This document shows, piece after piece, positions 42,963 to 53,569 of a stretch of 64,000 nt of DNA (the first letter of the stretch is position 1; every line of letters begins with the position of its first letter). This DNA comes from Candidatus Neptunichlamydia sp. (GTDB taxonomy: Bacteria; Chlamydiota; Chlamydiia; Chlamydiales; Simkaniaceae), in contig OZ247587.1 of the NCBI GenBank assembly GCA_965233865.1, positions 128,001-192,000 on the forward strand, read 5' to 3'. The notes under the pieces were generated by a model, which made no database searches, was not told the origin of the DNA, and was given only the letters and a program-made list of their open reading frames with translations. Both the position numbers and the translations under genes were made by a program.

Positions 42963-43787
42963 ATGAGCCGAGATATTTTTCGACATGATACGATAGAAAA
43001 GCTTTCCTCACCAACGCAACTGAGCAAGTTGCTTGTTGTTGTTCGTCTTCGAGGATGGGTTGTTCTTTTTTCTTTATGCGCAATACTCGTTGCAATAGTT
43101 ACATGGTCTGTATTAGGACAGATTCCTATCATTACGACAGGCCAAGGAATCCTCCTTGCACCTGAAGCACAATTTGCAATGAAGAGTCCTTCTGACGGTG
43201 TCGTGAATCAAGTGTTTGTCAAAGTGGAGCAGGAAGTCCCAGCAGGGATCCCTCTAATGGAGCTTAGCAGTGGTCTCAAAATTTTAGCGCCTCACAGTGG
43301 AAAAATTTTTCAGATTGATGCTGACCAAGGGGAAGCTGTAAAAGTTGGAGAGGTCCTTATATGGTTTCAAACAGAAGTATTTCCCAATCAATTAGAGGTG
43401 TACGGATTCATTCCCACCCAGGTGGGAGAAAGAATTGAAGTCGGGATGCAGGTGACTGTTGATCTTAATGCTGTCGACACGCAGAAGTATGGGCAGCTTG
43501 TGGGAAAAGTTAAAAAAGTTAAACAGGTCGCTCCCTATGCTATTTCGGCGACTTCCGATCAACTTAAAGCCATCCCTTCTAAAAAGGCGCGAGAAGATCT
43601 AACTAAAGGAGCAACTGTAGAGCTAGTTATTATTCAGCCTAATCTTGATCCAAATAACAAATCAGGGGTTAGGTGGAGTTTTGGAAAAGGGCCTCCTGGC
43701 AGGCTAAATCCAGGTTCAACAGGGACGGTTCGTGTGACGATTGAGAACAAGCGGCCAATTTCCTACCTAATTCCCATCGTATCATGA
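42963..43787 (+). CDS. NHLP bacteriocin system secretion protein (HlyD family)
   Basis: IFRHDTIEKLSSPTQLSKLL, YGQLVGKV, SGVRWS..KGP and RPISYLIP motifs. Confidence 0.88.
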   Translation: MSRDIFRHDTIEKLSSPTQLSKLLVVVRLRGWVVLFSLCAILVAIVTWSVLGQIPIITTGQGILLAPEAQFAMKSPSDGVVNQVFVKVEQEVPAGIPLMELSSGLKILAPHSGKIFQIDADQGEAVKVGEVLIWFQTEVFPNQLEVYGFIPTQVGERIEVGMQVTVDLNAVDTQKYGQLVGKVKKVKQVAPYAISATSDQLKAIPSKKAREDLTKGATVELVIIQPNLDPNNKSGVRWSFGKGPPGRLNPGSTGTVRVTIENKRPISYLIPIVS

Positions 43788-43797
43788 GGTATGAGTA

Positions 43798-46064
43798 GTG
43801 AAGCAGGCGATTCCTTGCCCGAGCAAATTATGGAGAGTCCACACCCCGACGGTGATTCAAATGGAAAATGTCGAATGTGGAGCGGCGTGCCTTTCGATGC
43901 TTCTTTCCTATTACGGAAAACATGTTCCATTGGAAGATCTACGAACCGAGTGCGGTGTTTCGAGGGATGGAAGTAATGCGCTTAACCTACTAAATGCAGC
44001 AAAAAAGTTTGGCTTAGAGGGAAAGGGACATCGAGAGGGACTTCAAGAGCTTTATGAAACCGATAAACCTGCGATTCTTTTTTGGGATTATAATCATTTT
44101 GTTGTTCTTGAGGGATTTGGAAAAAAATGCGTTTACCTTAATGATCCTGCTTTTGGACCCCGAAAAGTAACCTATGAAGAGTTTGATGAAGCCTATACAG
44201 GAGTTGTTCTGCATTTTCAGAGGAGCTCTTCATTTGAAAAAGGAGGGAAGCAACCCAGTGTTTTTGAGGACATGAAACATCGTTTTCGTGGAGTTAAAAG
44301 GACTCTTCTCTATGTCCTAATCGCAGGAATCTGTCTTCTCATTCCCGGTCTAGGAGTTCCCGTTTTTACACGAATTTTTATTGATAACATCTTAGTGACG
44401 AATGTCCTCTCATGGAAAGGACAGTTTTTATTTGCGATCTTTTGTGCTATGACCCTTGCAGGAATTTTAACCTGGCTTCAGCAATATTTCTTAAATCGCC
44501 TGAACGCAAAAATGGCAATTCATTTCTCAAGTGATTTTTTATGGCATATCCTGCGTCTTCCTGTTTCATTTTATTATCAGAGGTTTCCTGCGGAAATAGC
44601 AAACCGCGTAGGGCAAAATAATCTTGTTGTCCAGATGATGACTGAGACTCTAGCAACTCCTACTATCCAGATGATTTTGGTCATTTTCTACGGAATTGTG
44701 ATGTTCATGTATGATTTTTCTGTGGCGCTTATTGGAGTTTTGGCAGGTCTAGGGAGTCTTGTCGTGATGCGTTTGGTTCAAAGGTCGAGGACGGATACTT
44801 ATGCTCGTCTCCAAAAAGAGCAGTCAATTGTCACTGCAAATTCAGTCGGGGTGATTCAACAAATAGAGACTATTAAGGCCACAGGAACAGAAAGTGATGC
44901 ATTTGCTGCTTTTGCCGGATTTGATACGAGAAAAATCAATTCACTTCAGGAAATCAGTCGAAAAGATGCCATCCTAACGACCTCACCCATATTATTTCAG
45001 GGGATTGCCCAAGCGGCTCTTTTAGGGATTGGGGGATGGCGGACCATGCAGGGGAGTTTAACAATTGGGACTTTGATGGCTCTGCAGATGCTTTTGATTA
45101 GCTTCATTACTCCGGTTGTTAATTTTGTAAACTTTGGACAGACGATTCAATTTCTCAAGGTAGAGCTTATTCGTCTCAATGATGTTTTAAAGAATCCCAT
45201 TGACCGTATCTACTCTAAAAAAATGACTGAAAAATCAGATAACCCTAAACTTGATGGCTATTTAGAATTTAAGAATATCACCTTCGGATATAGTCCATTA
45301 GCACCTCCTCTAACCCTAAACTTGATGGCTATTTAGAATTTAAGAATATCACCTTCGGATATAGTCCATTAGCACCTCCTCTAATTGAAAAACTCAATAT
45401 CCAAATTCGCCCAGGACAGCGAGTGGCTCTTGTCGGTCCCTCAGGATGTGGCAAATCGACAATTTCAAAACTTTCGACAGGGCTCATTGAGCCTTGGGAA
45501 GGTGAGATCCTCTATGATGGGAAACCCATTATGGAGCAGTCTCAAGAGATCATGCAATGCTCGCTCACAAGCGTTGATCAAGAAATCTTCCTCTTTAGTG
45601 GATCGATTCGAGATAATATTACGCTGTGGGATACATCTGTTCCAGATGATGTATTGATCAAAGCGGCGCAAGATGCCTGCATTCATAACGATATTTTAGA
45701 GCGTCCTGAAGGGTATGATACTGAGCTCATCGAAGGAGGGAAGAACCTTAGTGGTGGGCAGCGGCAAAGAATAGAGCTTGCCCGTGCGCTTCTTGTAAGT
45801 CCTTCTATTGTAATTATGGATGAAGCCACAAGTGCCCTTGACTCTAGTACCGAGAAGCTCGTCATGAACCATATTCGAAAACGAGGATGTTCAGCGATTA
45901 TGGTTGCTCATCGATTGAGTACTATCCAAGACTGCGATGAAATCATTGTTCTTGAGAGTGGAAAGGTAGTTGAAAGAGGAACGCATGAAGAACTAAAGAA
46001 ATTGGGTGGGATCTATAATCAACTCATTGAGAGTGAGACGGGGGATAATGGAAGCCTTGTTTAA
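43798..46064 (+). pseudogene. NHLP C39 peptidase/ABC transporter, frameshifted by a 71-bp tandem duplication
   Basis: QMENVECGAACL, HFVV and NDPA peptidase motifs; TM domain; NBD GPSGCGKS and LSGGQRQR lies in a different frame after the duplication. Confidence 0.9.
45240..45381 (+). repeat. Perfect 71-bp tandem duplication
   Basis: 45240-45310 equals 45311-45381, with TAA microhomology at the junctions. Confidence 0.95.
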
Positions 46065-48921
46065 AGAACATGGGGAGAAGGTTGAGGCTCCAGCGAATTT
46101 CCGACTCTCTCTCCAAAAAAAAGGAACGGTTTGGCTTCTAGAAAAAGGAGCCATGATTCTTTTTGCTGTGCAAAAAAAAGAGGGTCATGAGGGTCGAAGA
46201 ACCCTCCTTTCAACCGTTCAATCAGGGCACCTTCTCTTCGATATGGAAGGGCAGGAAAACATTTCTTTTGAGATTTTTGCCTTCAGTGAAGAGCCTATTG
46301 TGATTTGGGAAATGAAAATGGATATTTTTGAAGGGAATCTTAAAAACTCTCTGCGCAATCAAGAGGCCTTTTCTCCACTTTTAGAACATTACTTGAATCA
46401 ATTTGGTCATTTTGTGTTTTCTCCGATTGAGCTTCGTCCCAAACATTGGATTTTTGAAGGAGGAATTGGGGTTGAAAAAGGGGAGACATTTACGATTAGA
46501 ATCAGTGAGGTTCCAACTGAGAAGGAGCGGGTGATTTGGCTCACTCCAAAAGGAGGGGAATACAAGCTTCTTGGCCCTCATGAGGTAAAGTTTTCTCAAA
46601 AGAACTTTCCTATTCTCCCTCATCTCTACTTTCTATCTCTAGAAAAAGTAAAATTGCAGGCAAAAAGCACTCCTGAAATTATCAACTCTGAATGTTGGCT
46701 AGAGGGACTTACCCATTTTCATCACTTTATAGGAAACTATCTTGTTTACAAAAGGGCTTTTTTGGATCGAGAAGAATTCAAACGTTTTAAGGAGAAAGAG
46801 AAACTTCAGGAGGAGACTCTTCATGAAACGCTAACCGAGATGATAGGGGTTCTTAAAACTAGCAAAGATGAAGAGATTGTGACCAGTACGAATCCACTTA
46901 CTCAAGCTGCTGAAATTGTCTTTAAAAAACAGGGGATTAAATTTACCGCTCCCAAAAAATCTTTGAAAGGGGATCTCAAAAATAAAGTAGCGAAAATTGC
47001 AGAAGGTTCCGAAGCTCGGATGAGGGGAGTGCGATTAGGACCTCTTCTTGCCTTCTATGGAAAAGAGCGTCACGCCGTTGCCCTGTATTTAAATCGATGG
47101 GGGAAGTATGAGATGATTGATCCAGTAAGAGGAAAAATACGAACAATTACAGGGAGCATTGCTCAAAATATTTCCTTGGATGCCTACAGTTTTTACAAGG
47201 CAATTCCAGATAAGATTCATAGTGGAAAAGAGGCCCTTCTTTATTACTTTAAGGAAAACAAAATGGAGTTCATTAAGCTCCTAGGGTATGGCCTAATTGC
47301 AGCAATTTTCTCTCTCTTCCCTCCTATTGGAATCTCTTTTATTTTTAACAGCGCTATTCCTAATGCCAATGTTGGCTTGCTCATACAGATCACTCTAGGG
47401 TTGATTACAGCGGCAGCAAGTGCGGCACTTTTTATCTATTTCCGCTCTCTTATTTTGGGGCGCATCGATGGAAAGTTAAGTTCCAGTTTGCAACCGGCCA
47501 TTTGGGATCGACTCTTGAAGCTTCCCGCGAATTTCTTTAAGCGCTTTACAGCAGGAGATCTTCTGCAACGAGCTATGACCATAGAGCAAATGAGACCCCT
47601 TCTAAGTAGCAACATTTCTCAAGCTATTTTGACAGGAATCTTTGCAATTCTCTATTTGGTTACCATGGTTATCTATTCGCCAAGACTTACCGTAATCGGC
47701 GTTATTCTCCTTATTGCTGCACTTTCTCTTACGGCTTTTCTAACTCGCTGGAAAATTGAAGTGCAGAAGAAAGTCTACGAGATACAAGGGGAAATCAATG
47801 GTGCTTTAGTACAAATCTTATCAGGTGTTGCAAAACTGCGTGTTGCAGGAGCTGAAAACAATGCCTTTTCTTACTGGGCTAGGCAATTCTCAAAATCAAA
47901 ATCTCTTGAAATGTCAGCCCAAAACATTCAGAACATTATCACAACCTGTATGGCAGCTTTTCCCCATTTATCGATCATTCTGATTTTTAGAGCTGTGATG
48001 AGGATGGAAGAGACAGAATCTCTTTCAATCGGGAGCTTTTTAGCCTTTAATACAGCCTATATGACCCTTTCGATGGCTGTATTTTCGATGAGTAGTATTG
48101 TTATGCAGGCGGCTGCCATTGTTTCTCTTTGGAAGCGGTCCCATGTGATCATCTAAGAGCCACAAGAGCTCCTTATTAAAAAATCAAATCCAGAAAAGCT
48201 CACAGGAGATATTCGCCTTGATCATGTAACCTTTGGCTATGAAGAAGAAGCTCCTTCGATCCTAAATGATGTTTCTATTCGACTTGCACCAAGGGAAATG
48301 ATTGGAATTGTAGGCCCTTCTGGAAGTGGGAAGTCCACGCTGATTCGAATGATTCTTGGCTTTGAAACACCTCGATCTGGTGCCGTCTATTTTAATGGGA
48401 AAGATCTCTCTCACCTCAATCTAAGTGAAGTGAGAAAACAGATGGGTGTTGTTCTCCAAGAAGGCGGAATTATTGCTGGAACCCTCTATCAAAACATTGT
48501 TGCGGGAGGACAGTATACAGAAGAAGAAATTGACCGAGCGATTACACTAGCTAGTTTTAAAAAGGACCTTCAAAACTTCCCCATGGGGCTCCATACCGTT
48601 GTACCTATGAATGGGGAAACCCTCTCTGGAGGGCAGAAACAACGGCTCCTTATTACGCGCGCACTTCTTCCAAATCCCAAGATCCTTCTGCTCGATGAAG
48701 CAACAAGTGCGCTTGATAACAACTCTCAAGAAGAAATCACCCAAAATATCGATCAGCTTAATATTTCACGCATCGTTATTGCCCATCGCCTTAGCACCAT
48801 CAAGAATGCCGATAGGATCTATGTACTTGAAAAAGGAAAGGTGACACAAACTGGCTCTTTCAAGAGCCTAAGCAACGAGCTGGGGCTTTTCGCCGAGATG
48901 CTTAAACGTCAGAAACTTTAA
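46048..48921 (+). pseudogene. NHLP system second ABC transporter (permease/ATPase), internal nonsense codon
   Basis: GPLLAF and AIWDRLLKLP motifs; TAA at 48154-48156 is in frame with downstream NBD GPSGSGKS, LSGGQKQR and DEATSALD. Confidence 0.88.
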
Positions 48922-49182
48922 TCAACACCACGAAGTGTGGAGAGCACTTGCTGCACATCATAAGGTTCTAATTGGAATCATCGTCCCTGTCTTTGACAGA
49001 AATCGCTTTGATAGAAACGACATTAAAGCAATTTTTCATGTGCAAAAGGAATTTTCCAATTATTCTACATAATAGATGTAAATTTATTATTTTACTTGGC
49101 ACTTGCAATAAATAATCTACTTTCATATTATAATGGCTAAAAGGCGATTAAAATCGTAATTTTACAAAGAAATAGGAGTTCA

Positions 49183-50628
49183 ATGACAGAGACCAATATC
49201 TTTAGAAAGAATAAGATTAACCTCGAAGATTATGATTATCAGAAAGATATTCAAAATCGTGTCTTGATGTCACACTTTTCTACTGAAGACCTAGAGGTCT
49301 TAGAAGAAATCGTTTACAGTTCTCAAAGAATTCCAATTAGTCGCCTTGTTAGTCAGCTCGATAAGAATTTAGATGAGCTGCAGTCTATCCTAGACAAACT
49401 GTCTAAAACTGATCTCTTTAAGATTGAAGAAAATACGGTTGTTGTCGATAAGGAAATGCGAAAATACTTTGAAACTCAGATTCAAAAATTTGAGGAAGAT
49501 TTTACACCTGGGATGGAGTTTCTGCAGGCACTCCTTAAGAAGGTACCGATTCATGTCCTACCGAATTGGTACCCAATCCCTCGAACGTCAAATAATATAT
49601 TTAACTCTCTAATTGAAAAATACCTAGAAACCCCCCAAACCTTTCAGAGGTATTTATCGGAACTAAATCTCGGAGATCCAGTGCTCAATGGAATCATTAC
49701 AGATCTATTTGGTGCCCCAGCTCACAAGATGTATTCTGATGATCTTCGGAAGAAATATGAGCTAACTGAAGAAGTTTTTGAAGAACACCTCCTCAATCTA
49801 GAATTTAATTTACTCTGCTGTCTTGTCTATGAAAAAAGTGGTGACGAATGGGTAGAAGTTGTCACTCTGTTTAAAGAGTGGAAGGATTACCTCAACTTCC
49901 TAAAGGAAAGCCAGCCCAAGGAGATTTCTGAAAAGGATCAGATCAATAGGACACGCCCCTATGATTTTTCTTTTGCCGAAGACCTATCAACCATTCTTGC
50001 GCTTTCTATGACCAAACCTCTATTTGCCCGTCTTGACCAAAACGAGGAGTGGGTTTTTGAAAAAAGCGCGGCTTCTCAAATCGTCAAACAGTGTAAAGGT
50101 TTTGATCTAAAGAGTGAAGAGGGACAAGCTCTCTTTAATGAATATATGGCACGAGCTCTTAACAAACTGCTCTTTCTAAAACTTGCACGGATTGAAAACA
50201 ATCAACTTCTTCCAGCAGAAGATGCTGAAGAGTGGCTCACCCTCCCTATTGAAAAACGAGCCCTCAATACCTATAAACAAACTCTAAGTAAATACACTTT
50301 CTCTGAATTTCCAAAAGAAATCTGCACAGAGCGTAACATTCACGAAATCGAAAAGAGCATCGGACGAATTATTGGTTCAGGATGGGTCCTTTTTGATGAA
50401 TTTTTGAAAGGTATTATCGCCCCTATTTCAGAAAACAGTAAAATTTCACTGAAAAAGACAGGCCGGTATTGGAAGTATTCTCTTCCTGATTACTCTGAAG
50501 AAGAGCTTACCTTGATCCGCAAGGTGATCTTTAATTGGCTTTTTGAAGGTGGAATCATCGCAAGCGGTTCGTTTAAAGGAAAAGGCTGTATCCGCATCAC
50601 TCCGCTTGGCCAATCGATGTTTGGGTAG
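49183..50628 (+). CDS. Hypothetical protein, probably a conserved chlamydial protein
   Basis: 481-aa ORF with AGGAG RBS and an upstream TTGCAA...TATAAT-like promoter; no family recognised. Confidence 0.75.
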   Translation: MTETNIFRKNKINLEDYDYQKDIQNRVLMSHFSTEDLEVLEEIVYSSQRIPISRLVSQLDKNLDELQSILDKLSKTDLFKIEENTVVVDKEMRKYFETQIQKFEEDFTPGMEFLQALLKKVPIHVLPNWYPIPRTSNNIFNSLIEKYLETPQTFQRYLSELNLGDPVLNGIITDLFGAPAHKMYSDDLRKKYELTEEVFEEHLLNLEFNLLCCLVYEKSGDEWVEVVTLFKEWKDYLNFLKESQPKEISEKDQINRTRPYDFSFAEDLSTILALSMTKPLFARLDQNEEWVFEKSAASQIVKQCKGFDLKSEEGQALFNEYMARALNKLLFLKLARIENNQLLPAEDAEEWLTLPIEKRALNTYKQTLSKYTFSEFPKEICTERNIHEIEKSIGRIIGSGWVLFDEFLKGIIAPISENSKISLKKTGRYWKYSLPDYSEEELTLIRKVIFNWLFEGGIIASGSFKGKGCIRITPLGQSMFG

Positions 50629-50646
50629 AAAGCCCTAGTGTTTAGA

Positions 50647-50922
50647 TAGTGTAGTCACGGGATTTCTACCCATAAAGCCAAACATCTGATCTGAACCGCA
50701 GCCAAGAAAGAGGATGTGTGCTTAGCATAGCGTGTAGCAATTCCTCTCCATTGCTTCAAATGTAAAAAAGCATTTTCTACAAGATGTCTCAATTTATAGA
50801 GATGCTTATCATAAGCTCTCTTGCTTTTCCTATTTTTTCTGGGAGGGATAACCGCCGGCCAAATGTAATTTCGTGTTGAGCCCCCTTTTGTTCGAGCCAT
50901 ATCTTGATTGCCACCTTGTGCA
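50647..50922 (-). mobile_element. Truncated, internally deleted copy of the IS5 element at 3087-3927
   Basis: Near-identical to about 3484-3550 joined to about 3718-3927, including the right IR. Confidence 0.9.
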
Positions 50923-50938
50923 AGAGATTTTCTCAGAG

Positions 50939-51298
50939 CTAACTCAAAGCCGTGTACTTTTTTTTAAGCCATTCCAGCTCCATTTTTAGCCTTCCAATTT
51001 GCTCAAATAACTCTCCTTTTTCCTGCTCCTCTTCCTTGGTAATCAAACGCTTATTGCTTTTCTCAAAAATTTAGGCTGCCGTGGCTTTAAAGTGTCTTTT
51101 CCACCCTCCAAGGACTAAAGGGTGAACTTCAAATTTTCCAGCAAGCTCTCCTGCTGTTTTCTCTCCTTTCAAAACTTCAAGCACCACCTTCAGCTTGAAT
51201 TCAGCGGAATATTTTTTTCTTGTTTTTGCCATTTCTGTTCTCTTTTTGCTCGGAGAAAACTAGCTTAGCAAGTGGCTCGAATTTCTGGGACCATTATA
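50939..51298 (-). mobile_element. IS3-family left end and orfA remnant
   Basis: ATG 51232: MAKTRKKYSAEFKLKVVLEVLKGEKT...stop...LFEQIGRLKMELEWLKKK; IR-like TATAATGGTCCCAGAAATTCGAGCCAC. Confidence 0.8.
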
Positions 51299-51319
51299 CC
51301 AGAAAACAGCCTGAATTAC

Positions 51320-51942
<623 letters not shown>

Positions 51943-51948
51943 GAACAA

Positions 51949-52134
51949 CTACTTAAGATTGTTCCAGTTGTAAGAAGACTTCTGCCTATTCACAAAGCTA
52001 TGCATTTCGAGCATCATGTCTTTGCAATCATCAACGTCTGTGTCTGTTGATTGATCTTTTGGATCTACAGGTTCGTAGAGACCTTCCTCTACCTCACTAA
52101 AGAGAAGAAGATCGTTGCTGTTATTCTTAATCAT
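51949..52134 (-). CDS. Small acidic hypothetical protein, paralog of 55087-55350
   Basis: Shared EEGLYEPVD.KD.STDT..DD.KDMMLEMH.FVNRQKSS. Confidence 0.5.
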   Translation of the reverse strand: MIKNNSNDLLLFSEVEEGLYEPVDPKDQSTDTDVDDCKDMMLEMHSFVNRQKSSYNWNNLK

Positions 52135-52227
52135 GCCATCACCTTATGTTGAAGCATTAACGATAGCGCAAGAAAGGATTAAAGGAGATCCTAGATCTCA
52201 AAGGGACCCGAAATCTGAGCATAGCGG

Positions 52228-52495
52228 CAAAGGGGGGTGACCCCTAAAAAGCATTCTTTTTTTATTGTTGATCAAGCTGATTTACGCACGAATGGAATTT
52301 CCAAATTACGTGTTATTCATCTCATGATACACTCTCAGCAAAACACATAAAAAAATTTAAAAAATGCAAGAATTCATGCCACGATTCAGTACAAAATGTG
52401 TTATAATAGACACAAGGAGAACAAGATGAGCATATCAATCACACCTAAAAACAGCACTACTATTTCAACACAGACAATGTCGATTGATGAATTGT
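52228..52495 (+). repeat. Upstream/promoter repeat, copy 1 (copy 2 at about 55377-55646)
   Basis: Near-identical GGGGGGTGACCCCTAAAAAGCATTC...TGTGTTATAATAGACACAAGGAGAACAAGATGAGCATATCAATC. Confidence 0.9.
52399..52407 (+). promoter_or_regulatory. Extended -10 promoter (TGTTATAAT); also at 55550-55558 and 61555-61563
   Basis: Same motif shortly upstream of the RBS and ATG of RING genes 1, 3 and 5. Confidence 0.65.
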
Positions 52496-52848
52496 TAGAT
52501 GAACGCTTAAAAGAACGACAATCTAAAGCAGAAAGGATGATAGAAGAACTGAGACCACTTTGCGAAGAACTGCCTCTAGATGCATTGGATCCTGTAAGCA
52601 TGGAGCCTTTTAACGGGAAGAACATACCAATTGTTTACAGGTGTGGACATGTTTTCAATAAGTCAACAGTAAAAAAAATGATAGATCTTAGTGATCCAGC
52701 AAGGCTAGGGGATCTTGATTGCCCGGTATGTAAGCTTGTCTGTGGAAGAGTTCAGCTCCTTGATTGCATACCTTTAGAAGGACTTGTTGATCACATGGAA
52801 AAAATAACAAAAGTATTCAAGGAAAACACAGAAAATGAGCCCACATAA
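52426..52848 (+). CDS. Degenerate RING/U-box protein, module 1
   Basis: EELRPLCEELP.DALDPV...RCGHVFNK...CPVCK; N-terminus MSISITPKNS. Confidence 0.85.
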   Translation: MSISITPKNSTTISTQTMSIDELLDERLKERQSKAERMIEELRPLCEELPLDALDPVSMEPFNGKNIPIVYRCGHVFNKSTVKKMIDLSDPARLGDLDCPVCKLVCGRVQLLDCIPLEGLVDHMEKITKVFKENTENEPT

Positions 52849-52855
52849 TCATCCA

Positions 52856-53090
52856 ATGAATAGGTCCCAAAAAGCGGAAGCCTTATCAGCATTTAGAGCA
52901 ATGAGAGATGGTCCTGGAAAAGGGTACTCCCCAGGTTTCTATTTGGAGCTCAGTAAAAGGCGATGGGAAATTCTCAAAAAGCTGGTTAGAAGATGTGATG
53001 AAGACATTTCAAGGAATTCAAGAGAATGATGAAAGGGGAGAACAGATACAACCAACTAGGCTAGGCTATAACACAGCTTTTGCAGGTTAA
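52856..53090 (+). pseudogene. Chimeric deletion remnant of two partner genes
   Basis: 52856-52942 matches 53562-53648; 52942-53090 is identical to 56821-56969. Confidence 0.9.
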
Positions 53091-53169
53091 ACCCCAAGGA
53101 GAACAATATGTCAGCCATAGCAAGTATTCAGAACAACACTATTTACTTTGAACAGTTCGTCCGAGATCA
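52942..53169 (+). repeat. 228-bp identical direct repeat with 56821-57048
   Basis: Compared base by base; spans a partner 3' end, the RBS and the start of an MSAIAS-type RING gene. Confidence 0.92.
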
Positions 53170-53569
53170 ACTCAAAACTCAAGAATTCGAAGCACGAGCA
53201 GAATTAAAAGATCGGGAAGTTGATGAAAGGAATCTGAAAGAGAAGAATGTTTTGAATAAAAGGTTTATTGAGGAGCTAAGACCTTTATGTGAAGAATTAC
53301 CTCCTGACGCCTTGGATCCTGTGACTATGGAGCCACTCTCAAGAGAAAACATTCCCATAGTATATAGATGTGGCCATGTCTTTAACAAAGAAACAATTAA
53401 AAATATTATTATATCGAACAAGCTTTTAAAAGGGTCTGATCTTAATTGCCCTGTTTGCAGATTAGTATGTGGGAGAATCCAACTCATTGACTGCATACCA
53501 CTAGAAGGGCTTGTTGAGCACATGGAAAAAATAACAAAAATATTTAAGGAAAATACAGAAAATGAATAG
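53108..53569 (+). CDS. Degenerate RING/U-box protein, module 2
   Basis: LDPVTMEP...RCGHVFNK...CPVCR; N-terminus MSAIASIQNN. Confidence 0.85.
   Translation: MSAIASIQNNTIYFEQFVRDQLKTQEFEARAELKDREVDERNLKEKNVLNKRFIEELRPLCEELPPDALDPVTMEPLSRENIPIVYRCGHVFNKETIKNIIISNKLLKGSDLNCPVCRLVCGRIQLIDCIPLEGLVEHMEKITKIFKENTENE

Noticed and set aside
43505..43523. 9-bp duplication giving KVKKVK in the HlyD gene
   Set aside because: In frame and minor; no evidence of function
52201..52245. GGGACCCG...GGGGGGTGACCCC as a Tn3 terminal IR or phage cos site
   Set aside because: No matching inverted copy or 38-bp Tn3 consensus, and no terminase or other phage genes in the window
52908..53090. Short ORFs 52835-53029 and 52908-53090 as independent genes
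   Set aside because: Explained as pieces of the deletion chimera
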